Both the position numbers and the translations under genes were made by a program. Below, one piece after another: positions 63,804 through 64,000 of a DNA stretch of 64,000 nucleotides. Origin of the DNA: Catajapyx aquilonaris (lineage: Eukaryota); NCBI GenBank assembly GCA_000934665.2, contig KZ538176.1:186001-250000 (forward strand), read 5' to 3'. The notes beneath the pieces were generated by a model. The model worked only from the letters and a program-made list of their open reading frames with translations. It was not told the DNA's origin and did no database searches. The first letter of the stretch is position 1, and each line of letters opens with the position of its first letter.

Positions 63804-64000
63804 CTTTGCAAACTCACTACATTCTTGAGTATTCTGTATTCCAGAGGAAACGCTTTGAGCTAAGCGCTGCTCAGAATTTTAAGGCCAGTAAGCAACGAGG
63901 TACAGTTTAATCATAGGATACATTAGGAAAAAGATGAGCCAGTCGTTGTGGTCAGGGTATTTAAAGAGAAAGTACTAATTACATAATTATAAACAAGAGA

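Overview
Eukaryotic, intron-containing animal DNA, most likely an arthropod other than a fly. The clues are an arthropod-type Pop5, a tenectin-like gene, a retained GPR143, short GT-AG introns and CpG depletion over the housekeeping genes. Six protein-coding genes were reconstructed by hand with in-frame splice sites: (1) a ~2,817-aa secreted tenectin/tenebrin-like VWC + Thr/Glu/Pro mucin-repeat matrix protein (+, 7672-27026); (2) an unrecognised ~544-aa secreted protein with a Thr-rich stalk, three furin-type sites and a long amphipathic Gly/Leu/Thr/Ala C-terminal domain (-, 36610-34538); (3) POP5 (-); (4) DHX16/Prp2 (+); (5) NEK6/7 (-); (6) GPR143/OA1 (+). The last four form two head-to-head pairs. 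Non-coding parts contain a foldback MITE with a 9-bp TSD, a Tc1/mariner-type MITE, tRNA-derived SINEs, a perfect 72-nt palindrome, and a CpG-island promoter that may drive a spliced non-coding RNA. The best candidate for undescribed biology is the orphan secreted protein. No prokaryotic-type systems (CRISPR etc.) and no intact tRNA/rRNA genes were seen. Homology calls rest on motif recognition; no database searches were run.
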